Positions 44,790-57,634 are shown, counted from the first letter of the stretch. The stretch: 64,000 nucleotides of DNA from Prorocentrum cordatum (GCA_963575745.1 CAUYUJ010000103.1:248001-312000), one strand, 5' to 3'. Numbers and translations: made by a program. The notes: generated from the sequence alone by a model not told the origin.

Positions 44790-45136
44790 AGGTGTCCAAC
44801 ACCAACCAAGCGATCAACCAGCTGGTCCAGATGACTGTTCAGATCGGGACAGCAGTGCAGGGCATTGTGAACTACCTCAACATGAACATCCAGAGTCAGG
44901 GCCAGGCGCTGATGAACACCACAGGGTCTCCAGGAGCGAGTGGGAGCGGACTTCCACCGCCGCCCTCGCCGGAGCACTCTCCGCCCAACTCGGACCTGCG
45001 CAGCCAGGACACCACGACGGCGGGCGAGGACTCGAGCCCGCAGACTACGACGCCACCGCCGCCCCAGGAGATGGACCACCAGGCGGGCGCCGAGACGTCC
45101 ACGACTCCGGGGGCGAGCTTGTGGGAGCTAGTGTGA
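43744..45136 (+). pseudogene. Overlapping extra ORF nested in pol: signal-peptide-like start, Ala/Pro linker, Cys motif, long coiled coil; one +1 G frameshift at ~44673-44676
   Basis: MHLVVAAAVLAVVMTAEA, CSCPQG...GNQYGWGSKCRRC, a heptad-like stretch, and the C-terminus SLWELV*; joins track ORFs 43654-44766 and 44735-45136. Confidence 0.65.
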
Positions 45137-45580
45137 GCAGCCAGCTCTGCCTTGCATGTCCGGGCCTCGAGGGAGGCTCGACAGTTTTCCGAGCTGGGCC
45201 TAGTAGCCAGCTACTCGAGCAGTGCCCACTTAACAGTTCGAGAGAGAACCTCGGGTTCCTCTCACTTCCATGCCTTTCCGTCATGTTGCTATTCAGTCGG
45301 GCCTCAGAGAGACCGAGCTGCCCTCGTGGCCACGGCCGGATCTAAAGGGTTGCAGGAGAAGACCGACCCTCCTCCCAGGTCGTCGGCGATACCAGACAGT
45401 TGTAGAGTACTCTGGAATGATGGGGATTGCACTAACGACGACCACGAAGTGGCGTGGACGAGCACCGTCAGGGCGGCTATCGAGCGAGGAGCAGCTGCTG
45501 GGTCCCTCAGTCGAGGGGGAGACTGGACTCAGTCGAGGCCAGCCGGGGCGATCAGGGCCAAGGCCAAGGGTCGCGCGTCG

Positions 45581-46210
45581 TTCTTGGAGATCTTTTCCCC
45601 CCCAAGGATTGCCCCTGAAATCGAACGCAAGGGGGGCGCCCTCGGCGAGAGACCAAGTCTCGACCGACTGACTGGATGGGACTCGTCGAGGCCGAGTCAC
45701 GTGAGGGATCTCTGGACGCAGATCGAACAGGAAGAACCGGAGACGATCTGGATGTCATCGGAGTGTCGGGTCTTTTCCGCGATCAATCGAATCAATTGCG
45801 ATTGTCGAGACCCCGATCGATGGCATTGCGAGGTGATGGAGGGCCTTAGGGACCTTGTCTTATGTATGGGGGTGGCGCAGCACCAACAAGCTAAGGGACA
45901 GTACTTCGCCTTCGAGCACCCTCTGTATGCTAGCTCGTGGGGTTCCCACGTGGTTCAACATGTCATGGATCTCCCAGGGGTCAAGCGTCTGCGGGTGGAT
46001 ATGTGTAGGTTTGGGCTCCAAGTGGACTCCAGAGGCCTAAATAAGAAACCAACCGGCATCCTCACCAACCATCCCCATCTGCAGAAGCTTCTCAGTGGGC
46101 ATCTGCGTGTTGGAGACCACAGACATGCCGCGCTGGAGGGGAGCCATCAGACTTCGAGGGCCGCCCGATACACCCCTAGATTCGTTAAGCTGGTTGCCCG
46201 AGCGGTGACC
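45581..46210 (+). CDS. Cytosine-5 DNA methyltransferase-like domain within pol
   Basis: FLEIFS (motif I-like), LDRLTGWD, WMSSEC (motif IV Cys at 45764), FEHP (motif VI), VDMCRFG, KKPT, AARYTPRF (motif X-like). Confidence 0.8.
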
Positions 46211-46432
46211 GAGCATTGGAGCGGCGCGTCAGCTGGCGCTAGGCCCACCTGGGCTGAGTTCGGCGAGGACTCCTTTCCGGCGGAAGCGGAGGAAGGCAGC
46301 GGCCCACGCTTGGAGCCGACTGCGGAAGCCGAAGAAGGAAGCGACGCCGACAGCGGAGATGAGCCAGAGACCCGGGTTCCCCAGGATGCCAAGGGCACCC
46401 CTCAGGACGAGATGGACCCGTCGGAGGAAGAC

Positions 46433-48392
46433 GAGGCTTTTGTGCAAAGTCCATGTCAATATGGGCCATCCCGAGACCCGTCGTTTCTGTCGAGTTCCGA
46501 GAGCCGGGGGGGTCAAGCGCCACCTGATAAGATGGGCCAGGAACAGTTTCCGCTGTGCCGAGTGCGAGGAGCATCGACGAGCGGGCAACCACCGCCGGGT
46601 GGCTCTTCCTAGGACCTTTCGTTTCAACCACATTGTGGGCATCGACCTGTTCTATTTGGATTTCCAAGGGGTCTCGCATCCGTCCATCAACGTGGTCGAC
46701 CACGGATCCAATCTTCAGGTCTGTTGCAGGGTCGCGAATGCTAGGGCCGCCACTGTCTGGGCTGGTTTTGCGCAATGCTGGTTGAGGCCACTAGGCGCTC
46801 CTCATTTTATGATTTCCGACGGAGGTTCTGAGTTCGGAGAACGTTTCGCTCGAGGGTTAGAGCAATGGGGGGTGAAGCACCATGTGTGCGACGCGGACTC
46901 ACCCTGGCAAAACGGGAAGGTTGAACGCCATGGGGGTTGGATCAAAGACCGTGTGAAGGCTGAGCTCGACGCCGGAGCTCATCCGCCAGGGGATCTGGAA
47001 GAGCTGGACACGCTCGTTCACGAGCTCACCGCCCATAAGAATCGATATTGGCACAGAGGAGGGTTCTCGCCACTTCAGCTCGTGTTCGGAGAAAACCCAA
47101 GACTCCCACACGACCTTTTAAGCGACGATTCTTACGGTCTCCCAGGCTGGGAAGACACCCTCCGACCTTCCTCCGAGCAGGATGCGGCCGGTGCTGAGTT
47201 CGCCAGGGCCCAGCAGATCAGGGCCTCTGCTCGCGACCTAGCTATGCGAGCCATGGCCCACGAGAAGATAAGCCGTGCCTCGAGGGCCCGGGGCCCCGCT
47301 CCCAGGGAGTTCTTGCCAGGACAATGGGTCTACGTGTGGAGACACATGACTAGGTCCTCGTCTCGAGCGGATGCTCTTGGCCGGCGTCGTGACGGATGGT
47401 GTGGTCCCGGGGCCGTGGTGCTTGCTCAGGGCGGGACTGTCTGGGTGGCGGTGCGAGCGCGTTTGTGGAAGTGCTCGGCCGAGCAGCTGCGTCTCGCATG
47501 TGCTGATGAGGAGCTGGGGGTGCAGTTGACACAGAGTCCTCAATGGCGGGAACTGCTAAGACAGTCGGCCACCCGTCGAGCCACCGCTGTGGATGTGCAG
47601 CGAGAGGGCCCACCACCAGAGGATGCGTGGGACGACCAGGTCAGGGGGGATATGGATCCAGCCCCTCAGGTGCCAGGTCAACCCGAGCTATCGCCAGAGG
47701 CTAGTCGTCCCGCCCCAGCGGTCCCAGTTCCTTCGTTTTCCCCAGGGGCTTCGATTCCCGACTCCGGGGTTCGCCGCGTTCCCGAGGGTCCCAGGGCCGA
47801 GGAGCGAGGGCCAAATTCCGAGGCCGGATCGGCAGAAGCCCAAGCCGGGTCGGAGAGGACCAGGTTCCCATCTAACGACCTCTCCCGTCAGTCCTCGGAA
47901 GCTCATGGTTCCAGGGAAGGAGTAGAGAGAGTTGAGCCTCCGATCCCTGCCCCGGATCCCTCCGCCTCTCCTTCTCCGGTTGCTGCTACTCCTCCTTCCG
48001 TTTCTGTGCCTCCCGCTCCTCCTCCCCCTTCTCATCCTCCTCTTCTTCCTCGTTTTCAAGAGGAACCGATGTCAGAAGGGGCGGCTGGGGGATCTCGGAT
48101 GACCAGCGTTCCTCCCAGACCCAGGGCGCGCCTGGCGCAGCCCGAGGACGTGCCGGCATGCATCCGACGTGCCAGGTTTGAGGCCCCACCGGAAGTGAAA
48201 AGACCAAGGATTGGGTCCCCACCTCCTGGCCTTGCGACTGCCCCTCCCGTCTCGTCTGGTCCTTCCTCCTCTTCCCACCCCTTGCCTTCCTCTTCCGAAG
48301 CTGGAGCGTCGCCCGTCGTGAGAGAGGAGGAGCCGGCCAGACAGGTGCAGTCGGGCCGGCTGGAACCTCGAAGACCAGTCAGCCAGGCCTAG
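46433..48392 (+). CDS. Integrase (HHCC + DDE) and Pro-rich linker
   Basis: HVNMGHP...CAEC, GIDLF, ISDGGSEF, SPWQNGKVERHGG. There is a frameshift relative to the DNMT frame near 46432, and a stop inside a 31-bp duplication (48383-48413 / 48414-48444). Confidence 0.92.
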
Positions 48393-48413
48393 CGCGACCA
48401 CCCGCTAGAGGCA

Positions 48414-50520
48414 CCAGGCCTAGCGCGACCACCCGCTAGAGGCAGGAGTCGTTCGCCCGCAGGAGAAGCCGCTGACTTTCTCATCTTCCCAGGGGAGGTT
48501 GGCGACGGTGTCCAGGCCAGGCTCCTGGACCCAGGAGTTTTCGAGGATTCCGAGGTTTTTGCCACCGGTAGGGGAGGGGGGGGTTCTCTGAAAAATCTGT
48601 CACCAGCCGAGAGGGAGAAGTTCGCCGCCTCCGACTCCAAGGAGTGGGAAGCGATGCTAGGCACGGGAGCCGTCGAGATCATTTCCCCGGCGAAGGCGGA
48701 AGTTGTGCGGAAGCTGCACTCAGATCGGATCATTTCTAGCAGAATGGTCCGACGATGGAAGCCGGTGGAAGGAACGTTCAAGGACCCCGATGCTCAATCA
48801 CGATGGTGTGTTCATGGGCACAGGGACCCCGATTCAGGAGCTTTGGCGGTCTATGCCCCAACACCGCAAACGTCGAGTATCATGATGTTTCTGCAGGTGG
48901 TCATGAACCTGGGTTTATTCGCCGACATTGCCGATGTTAAAAATGCGTTCTGTCAGTCCGACCCCATGTCCCGCACCCAGGGCCAAATCTTCGTGGAACC
49001 CTGCGAAGGAAACAGACTTCCCCCAGGTTCCTTGATTCTCTTAAAGGTGAATGTTTACGGACTTGACGACGCTTTCATGGCCTGGAGAAAGACGGTCGTC
49101 AGCTTCTTGGAGCGTCACGGTTTTACGCGTTCCCTGTTGGAACCCTGCTGGTGGATACGATATGGACCAAACGGCAGTGTTCGGAACATGATGCTTCTAG
49201 AAGTTGACGACTTCTTTATTGGGAGTGCTACGACCGAGGACCGCGAGCGAGTGTCTCAGGGACCGACTGGAATCGAGATTCAAGTTCGGGAAATACCGCG
49301 ACTGTGGCGCCGGACCGGTGGACTTTGCAGGACGTCGAATCACCGTCGGGCCCAAACGTGCTGCAGTAGATATGGGAAAGTATATGTTGGAGGAGATTCG
49401 ACCGTTGTCCGTGGCACGAGGTAGGTTGTCGCACAAAGATGCTCCACTTGAACCCTCTGAGTTCCGTGCTTTGAGATCTCTAGTGTATAAGTTCAACTGG
49501 CTCGGGCGCGAGGTTCGTCCAGAGGCAGCCGGAGTGGCGAGTATTTTGACAAGTCGCCTGAAGGCGGCAACCACCAGAGACATCATCATCGCCAATAAGC
49601 TCGTTCGCCATCTGCGATCATCAGCATTCAGGGGCATTACTGTATGTAAGCTGGACCCAGATAAACTGGCTTTTGTATCATTTTCAGATGCAGGGGGCGC
49701 GGGCGCTTTCGGGGATATGATGGGCGAGAAGGGCCTCCCCGAGGATCCTTCCCGAGGGGCGTGGATGGTTCTCGCTTGTGACCAAGCTATTCTAGATAAC
49801 AAGGCTGTTAAGGCGTCTATCCTCGGCTGGAGGAGCTCAAAGCTCCGTAGGAAGGTGCCCTCTACGTTAGCAGGGGAAACACAAGCCCTGTCTGCCGCTG
49901 TAGCAGAAATAGAACTTCTTCAGATTTTATATCGAGATGTTGTTTTTAATGATGTCCATGTTCGAGACCATCATAGGGGATCTGGGCCGTTCACTACTGT
50001 TTTACGCCGGGACTGCCGTCTGGGATCTAGAGAGAAGCAGGTGCACGTTGTAGATGCCAAGTCTATTTATGACACGATGATGAAGGAAGGAAATGCTAGC
50101 GCAAAAGATAGAAGGACGGCCATCGACCTAGCTATAATCTGCGAGGCTCTAGAACGTGCTAGAGGTAGAGTTCGTTGGATACCACGCGGCAGGATGCCAG
50201 TTGACTCGTTGACCAAGGATGACGTTACCAAGTGTAACGCAGCACTGTTCGACCTCATGGCCAGCGGGAGATTGATCCTCATAGACGAAGGGTCAGAAGT
50301 CGAGTGGAGACGAGAGCAGCCAGGCCTGAAGAATCGTTCCCAAGCCGCCTCCCGGAAGGAGTTGAATCAGGCCGAGATGATTTCTTGGAGTGAGTTCTTC
50401 TCGAGCTTCTCCGAGGACTCGATCGGCAGCGGTGGTGGTGGTTGTCTCTCTCCCCTCCTTTTCCCTTCTTGTCCTCAACCTCCTGCCCCGGTGCCGGACA
50501 CCACAGAGGTGTTCCAGTGA
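48414..50520 (+). pseudogene. pol: Copia reverse transcriptase and RNase H
   Basis: ADVKNAFCQ, VYGLDDA, LEVDDFF; FSDAG, STLAGETQAL, VVDAKSIYD, MPVDSLTK. A 4-nt duplication causes a frameshift near 49245-49251. Confidence 0.93.
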
Positions 50521-50621
50521 GATCAAGGAGAACATCTCACTTGTTTTGCACCAGCGCGCGAAGGCGCCAGTGCACTGACGATTAGGATCTTGCAACGTCC
50601 ACAGGGGACCTCTAAACCTGC

Positions 50622-50637
50622 AAGAAAGTTTAGGGCA
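50622..50637 (+). promoter_or_regulatory. Polypurine tract
   Basis: aagaaagtttagggca directly precedes the 3' LTR. Confidence 0.65.
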
Positions 50638-50813
50638 TGTGAATGCGTGCCACATTTTCACCGGCAGGTTTAGCTAGTGGACGTATATCCTTGATTTGCT
50701 GTAGTGTGTGTACTATCCTTTGTACTGTTGCATACGCAGGACAGTGTGAGTGCACCGTGGTTCGCACGTTGGTTCAAGTCTAAAAACCTGTGACTGCCGC
50801 TGCTGCTGCCACA
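50638..50813 (+). repeat. 3' LTR
   Basis: tgtgaatgcg...gctgccaca, 176 bp. Confidence 0.96.
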
Positions 50814-51211
50814 CGAGGAGGGGGAGGACGAGGTTGAGGAGGGCGAGGGGCAGGAGCAGGGGGGCCAGGAGGAGGAGGAGGAAGGAGGGATGAAAGGAAG
50901 GAGAAGGGGGGGAGGGGGGAGAAGGAGGGAGGGGGGGAAGGATGGAGGGAAGGCGCGGGAGGACCAGGAGGAGGAGGTGGAGGATTAATAATCAGGACAA
51001 TATCAACGAGGCGACGCATCATAATTTTAATCGTCGTAACAAGAACATATATAGTAATGCGAATTGTAAGAATACGACGAAGGCGAATGCTAATGAACAG
51101 TGTGCTACTGATAAAAACAAAACTAATAATAAGACGAGACGAACGATGAGATTACGACTGGTAATAGTATTGGCACTTATACAACCAGAAGAAACGTCAC
51201 ACTAAAACGAA

Positions 51212-52256
51212 TTCTAGACGCTTCGCGTATCCCCACCAGCCCGTCCAGAAACGACGCCCAGGCGAGTAGAGGGTCGTCCGGAGGGGCTTTTCGGCGTCTT
51301 GGGTGCCTCGGGGGGGCCTCTGTGGGCCGTTCGGGATCCTCTTTGGGGCCTCCTGGGGGCCTCTTGGGGCTTCTTGGGGCCATCTTGGGGCCTTTGGGGG
51401 CCTCCGGGGCGCTTCTTGGGGCCATCTTTGCCCCCGAGGCCAAAATGAGCCAAAATCTCAGTAAAATCAATGATTTTGGCTTCCTCGCCGAGGCCGTTTT
51501 GGACGCTCTGACCGCTCGCGGCCCCCCCCGTCCAGGTTCTCGGGGAGGGGGTATGGGGGAGGGGTAAACCCCTCCCCGAAGGGAAAGAGGGAGGGGTGGA
51601 AGAGGAAACGCCTTAAACCACCGACGCCCAGAGGGCTGGTGGGATTGCCTCGATCAGGGAAGTGGACAGCACACAGAGGAAGCCAGTATGAGACATCTTG
51701 GGATTTCTTGAGCCATCTTGGAGGTCATTTGGGGCTCTCCGAGGCGCTCTTGGAGTCATCTTAATCAGTGCCCCCCCCCCCAAGAGGCCAACATGTGGCT
51801 AAAACCTCAGTGCAAACAATGGTTTGACATTATCGCCGATGCCTCTGGGAGCACCTTGGGTGCCTCTGGGGGGTCTCTTGGGGCCTCTTGGGGGTCTCTT
51901 GGGGGCCTCCTGGGGGCCTCTTGGGGGGCCTCTTGGGGCCATCTTGGGGCCATCCTGCGGCCTCTTGGGGCATCCTGGGGGCCTCTTGCGGCTATCGTAG
52001 AGGAAATCGATCAAACAAGAGGGGAGCGTTAATTAGCGTTGCCCCCTCAGAAGGCCAAAATGGGGCCCAAACCATAGCAACATCAATGATTTTGGCTTCC
52101 TCGCCGAGGCCGTTTTGGACGCTCTGACCGCTCCCCGCCCCTCCTGTCCAGGTCAGTGGGGAGGGGGGGAGGGGTAAACCCCTCCCCGAAGGGAAAGAGG
52201 GAGGGGTGGAAGAGGAAACGCCCTAAACCACCGACGCCCAGAGGGCTGGTGGGATT
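51212..52256. mobile_element. Helentron-like element(s) of the same family as 35268-36246: one left end and two right ends (51646, 52256)
   Basis: gacgcttcgcgtatccccaccagccc at ~51217-51242; hairpin plus cgcccagagggctggtgggatt at ~51557-51646 and ~52167-52256; internal (ctcttggggc)-like repeats. Confidence 0.65.
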
Positions 52257-55200
52257 ACTATACTCAGACCATATGAGTATTAAGAACCATGAGGAATCAT
52301 CCCGACTAATATCACAATACTACACAGCATAATATCATGAACAATGAGAGACATCGCACGGCAAATAATAACAATCAACATAAAACATCAGAAGAGGAGG
52401 ACGAGGATGAGGAGGATGGGGGAGGAGGAGGAGGAGGAGGAGGAAGGAGGAGGGAGGAGGGGAGGAGGAGGAGGGGATCGGGGGGGCGAGGGGGGTGAGG
52501 GGGTGGAGGGGGGGGAGGGGGGGGGGGCAGGAGGAGGAGGAAGCGGAGGGGTAGGAGGAAGAGGAGGAGGAGGATGATGAGGAGGAGGAGTGGGAGGAGG
52601 AAGGGCGGAGGGAGAGGGGGTGGAGGGGTGGAAGAGGAGGGGTAAGAAGAGTAGATGGCGCCCCCCGATCCGTAGTCCGTCTCCCCACGCCAGGAGAGCT
52701 GCACCTGCCTGGTTATCACGCATCGCAGGGCGTCGGCGGCGCGCGCACCCTCCGCCTCCTCCTTCTCCTCCTCCTCCTCAATCCTTCTCCCTAGTGCAAA
52801 AACTTCCCCCCCTCGCGCCGCCCGAGCGCGTCGGTGGGGCGGGCCAGTCGTTTCGCTTGGGACTCCCCAGTCATTCGAGATCCCGAATCTGGAACTTTGC
52901 AACAGTTTCATGGGCGGAGGGCGGGTCGTTTTCAAAATGCTGTTTTAGCATTAGCGTTGCACTCATTCATTTTATCACATGTGCAGCAGTTTCGCGGATG
53001 GAGGGCAGGAGGGTCTCAAAACATTTTCGCTTGGAAAGCTTGCAACAACTCCACGGATGTAGGGCGGGTGGTTTTCAACGTGTGATTCTAGCCTTGGTGC
53101 CGCGCGTATTCGTTTTGCAAGTTTTGCGACAGTTTCGCGGATGGAGCGCAGTGATTTTCCGACGCGTGGTTCTCGCCTTATCGCCGCGCCCATTCGCCTT
53201 GAAGGTGTGCATTCGCTTCGAGGATTTGAATGGCCGAAGTCCCAGGAATGGCGTTTTCGCAAGGTTGTTGATTAGACGCAACAGTCGCGATGATTTGCAG
53301 CGCTACAGTTCCAGGTATCGTTCTGGCGCGATTCAGAACTGTCAGAGCGCAACAGTCGCATTGATCTATGGCGTTGAAGTGTCCGGAATGTTGTGGCGCG
53401 ACTGAAGATTATCAATGGATTGTCTTCAATAGGTTTCTCAATCATTTGTCTTCTAATGGGCCACTTCCTGCAATGATGGTCATTTTCAGGGGCCTATGAA
53501 GTTGGGGCTCGGAGGGGGGGTTGTTTGCAACATCGTTGCTGCATCTTGGGTTTAACCTGGTCCTCCTCCTCCCCCCCCCTCCCTCCTGCCCTAAACTTGC
53601 CCCGCGCGGGAGGGCCCGGGGACATCTTGGGGCCGGGGCGCGCGCCCTGTCGACGCCCCGGCCGTCGGCTCTCCGCGCCGCGGCGGGCCGACCGCGTCGC
53701 CGTGGTCGGCGGCGGACGCGTCGCGCAGCGCGGGCCGCGGGGCGAGGCCGGCGGTGGTCCCGCCGCCCTGCGTCGTTCTACGCTTCCCCGCCTCTTCGCC
53801 CTCCTGTCACCCCCCCTCCTCGCCTTTCCTCCTCTCGCCCTTCCTCCTCCTCCTCCTCCTCCTCCTCCTCCTCATCCTCCTCCTCCTCCTCCTCCTCCTC
53901 CTCCTCCTCCTCCTCCTCCTCCTCTCGCGATTATGGAGGGAGAGTGGGGGCGAGGATGGCGGTGGGGAGGATGATTGGGACGAGTATGACAATGGGGGGG
54001 GGGCGTTGGATGAAGAAGGGGGGCAAGAGAGGCTGAAGTGAGTGCCACTGGGGGGAGGCGTTTGGGAAACGCCCCTCCCCCTCCCCATGCCCCTGTCTCC
54101 CCAGGATTTAGGTGAGGGAATTATGGATAGGTTGGCAAGAAAGACAGGATGAGTCACGCGGTTGCCAGAATCTCTGGGCCGTGCCCTGACCCGTCCATGC
54201 TTTATTTGGCCAACTCTCTCGCCCTGCCCATTGGATTGGCGGAGCCACCGCCATCGCGGGGCGAGGTGATGTCCAGCCCTGGGCCGGCGTCCAGGTTTGA
54301 GTGCGTCAGCAAATCTACAGTGCACAGCGGTCGTCACCTGGGGGACTTCAACGTGGGTTTTCCTCGGGGCGTAAAGTGCGAAGGGACGACGACCGCGAAC
54401 TGCAGAGTACGCAGTCGCTCACTCGCAGCGAGCGTGGCGAGGCCCCTTCCAGGCCCGCGCCGGGCGCTGGAGCCCTCCCGCCCTCGGCAGCCCTGTGCGC
54501 TGGAGGGCGGGTAGTCGCGCGCGTGGCCGCGGGGCCTCGCAGTCCCTGGCGCCGGTGCTCGGCCGGCATCCTCCCGCGAAGGCTCATCCTGCAGCGGGGC
54601 CGCGACCCCGCGGGTGCCCCGTAGCGGCGGCTCCAGCGGCCTATGTCGGAGTTCCTTCTCCTCGAGGCCTCGCCCGATGGTCGGCGGCGCGCGCGAGGGG
54701 GCGGGGGCGCTCGGGAGCTGGGGGGCCAGGCAATATCGAGAGGGTCGAGCATTGCAGGAAAGTGGCCCTACATAAACGGCCTCTGCAATGCCACCGCGGT
54801 CCCAAACTGCGCTATGGAAAAGTGCGCACTTCTTTAGTCCCCGCTTACTCCCCCCGTTGACGAGCGCCCGAGGGGTGGGGGCGATGGGGGTTCTCCCTGA
54901 AGGAGCGGGGTTCAGAGGTGAACGTGTCCTCGAGTTTTTTCTGTCGCAAGTGTCGGCCTCCAGGGGCCGCCCCCGGGCTCTCGGGCCTTGCAAATCGGCA
55001 GAGGTGTTCTTGAGAAAAGGCCCCTGGGTCTGGGATCTGTTTCCATCTGGGCCCGTTCGCTTCATGTCAAGAAGGGGGCGGTCTGCTGAGGATGCAGGGT
55101 GCTGCCTGTGGGGTCTTGTAGTGTAGTCTCGATTGGGGATGTGTTTTGCGCAATCTGTGCTGCGCAACCAATGTGGTGATGGTACCTGCGTGCGTGGTGG

Positions 55201-57586
55201 TGCTGACCTCCAGGCACGCCCCAGCGGGCACTTCTCTACGAGTCGGTGACTTGGGCGGGCGCGGTATCATGGCAACGTCGACGACGGCAGACACGAGGAT
55301 GATCGGAGCGACGTTTGTGGCGATGATGACGACGGCGACGGCGCGGCCACCGACGGCACCGATGCTGATTATGCCGGCGATGATGACGGCGTCGTCGCGT
55401 CGGCGATGAAGCTTGCGGAAGAAGTTCGACTCGCGCGCGCGGCCGACGCGCGAGAGCGGCTCGCATGGTGCTATTTGACGCGGATCGCGCCCCCCCCAGC
55501 GCGCGCGCGCGCAAAGGCGTTCGAATGATGTCGGCATGCGGCGCGACGGGCCTGCTTGGCCGAATGTGATGGACATGTCGAGGAACCGATGGTTCATTGG
55601 AGAATTCGCAAGAGCGCGAGCGCAGCGTTCGATTCTGAAATATCTATGGGATCTGAGAGGTATTTGAAGAATTCCGGCATGCGCGCGCGACGACGCGAGC
55701 GCAAAGGATTTTTGGGACAGCGCACGCAGGGGCGTTCAAACGATTTCGACGCGCGCGCGGTAGGGCCATTTCGTTAGATTTTACCAAGATGTTGGATTTT
55801 TTGTGGGCATCCAAAATTGCAAGAGCGCGAGCGCCACTGTTTTTCAACATTCTTCTTGCGAAACCATGCGTTGTCCGTGTTTCGGGGCACCTGATTTTGA
55901 CAGTTCTGCGGGACCTAAGGTTTTTGAAGGGTTTCGGCATGCGCGTGCGACGACGTGCGCGCGTGCACTTCGTGTTGTTATTTGTTGCAAAGGGCTTTTG
56001 GACAGTTTAGGAGTTATGATAAACGAGTGCGCGCGCATAGTATTTTCGCCAGAGGGTGAGAGGGGAACCGCTGCCGGTTTGGATGGGATGGTACGAGTTC
56101 ACAGTTATGATTGGTGAGGGGCAAGATCATCTGTAAATCGTAATGCGGAAAAAAAGGGGGCGGTTAAATCGGGGGGGGGGGGGGCATGCCTTTCCAAAGT
56201 GGATAAGTAATTATGAACAAGACTTTCGGTCTACCTTGCTCGCGCAGTCATCCGACCCACCTACCCGCAATTATGTTTGCAAAACTCATGCGGCGGCGAT
56301 TGCGGTGAATGCTTGGTGTTGGCGGGTGCCTCTTTGCAGCCGCGCGAGCCCGCGCGTGCTCGTGCGCGCACCGGCCAGCTACTTTGGCGCGACCGACGCG
56401 GCCGCGGTTGCGCTGGCCGCTGGGCGCTTCCAGCGCGCCTCGCAGTCCGCGCTGACGCGCGGGGAGTTCAGTGCGATTGCGAGTCGGTAACTTGGGCGGG
56501 CGCGATCATATGGCGACGCCGGCAACGGTAAACATGATAATACCCGTAGCGATGAAGCCGACGATGATGACGTTTACGACGGCAAGGCCAAGCAAACCGC
56601 CGATGATCCTCACGCCGATGGCGATGCGGATGCCTTCGCATCGATGATGCAGATTTGGGAAAGATTTTGAAATTTGCGCCTTCACGGCAGATGCGCGCTA
56701 GTGGCCCGGGATCGTGCCTCCCCCCCAGAACGCGCGCAAGGGCGTTCGAATGTTTTCAACATGCGCGCGCGAAGGGCTCGTTATTAGCAATAACGGTTCG
56801 GGTCAGTCGGGAAATTGCGGCATGCGTGCGCGACGATTCGCGCGTGTGCCTGTCGTCTCATATTTCCCATATTTCGCGTGCGCTTGTCGTCCCATATATG
56901 AACGAATGTGTGCGCATATTGTTCTGTGCGGAGGATGGTGGGGTCGGGGGCGGTATCAATTTGGTTGGATTGATATGAGTTCGTGTTTATGATTCGCACA
57001 GGAACATGCTCATATGTAGGTTGCAGATCCCCTTGGACGGGAGATACACCTTGGGTGTGGGGGGCGGTTGATCCGAATCCCTTTTTCCTGGGACGAAAAA
57101 TTCGCGGGCGTCCCCATCGCGTATGACCACCTCCGACACCGTCAAGTTATTATTTGGCCGCAAACTGACATTTGGCGAAGGTGCCGCGCCAAAATGCCTT
57201 GCACACACATCTCATGTTGGCATCTTTTTGTTTGGCGGGGGCGCTGAGCGTTTTTACCCCCGCTAGCGAAAACAACACTGGTTGTTTATGTTGGCACTGG
57301 CGTGGTCGGAAATTGCCCAGCAACGAAAACGCAGCATCGGATTGTCCGCGCGCCCGCATCAGTGCGCACGCTTGTTTCTGGCGTTATGGATGTCATTCGG
57401 GCCCACTTTACTTGCAGTCGCATGTATGTAAACTTGCCAGGGTTCAAGGACATCCCCTGGTTGGGCTCTACGGCTGGTGCCCTATTGTGGGCGCCCTATG
57501 GCGTGTGCCCTAACATGTCCGTCGGTTGGTGCCTGATGGTCGGAGGTGCGGGGCTGCTGCCATGCAGTTGTATTCGTTTTAGCGTC

Positions 57587-57589
<3 letters not shown>

Positions 57590-57634
<45 letters not shown>

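Larger units (their letters stand above)
40826..50813 (+). mobile_element. Full-length Ty1/Copia LTR retrotransposon with a DNMT domain, inactivated by frameshifts and stops
   Basis: 176-bp TG..CA LTRs, CGAG on both flanks (40822-40825, 50814-50817), PBS, PPT, and domain order gag-PR-DNMT-IN-RT-RH. Confidence 0.96.

Noticed and set aside
48383..48444. Stop-codon read-through signal between integrase and RT
   Set aside because: The TAG lies in a 31-bp local duplication read out of frame; it is more simply mutational damage in an element with several other lesions.
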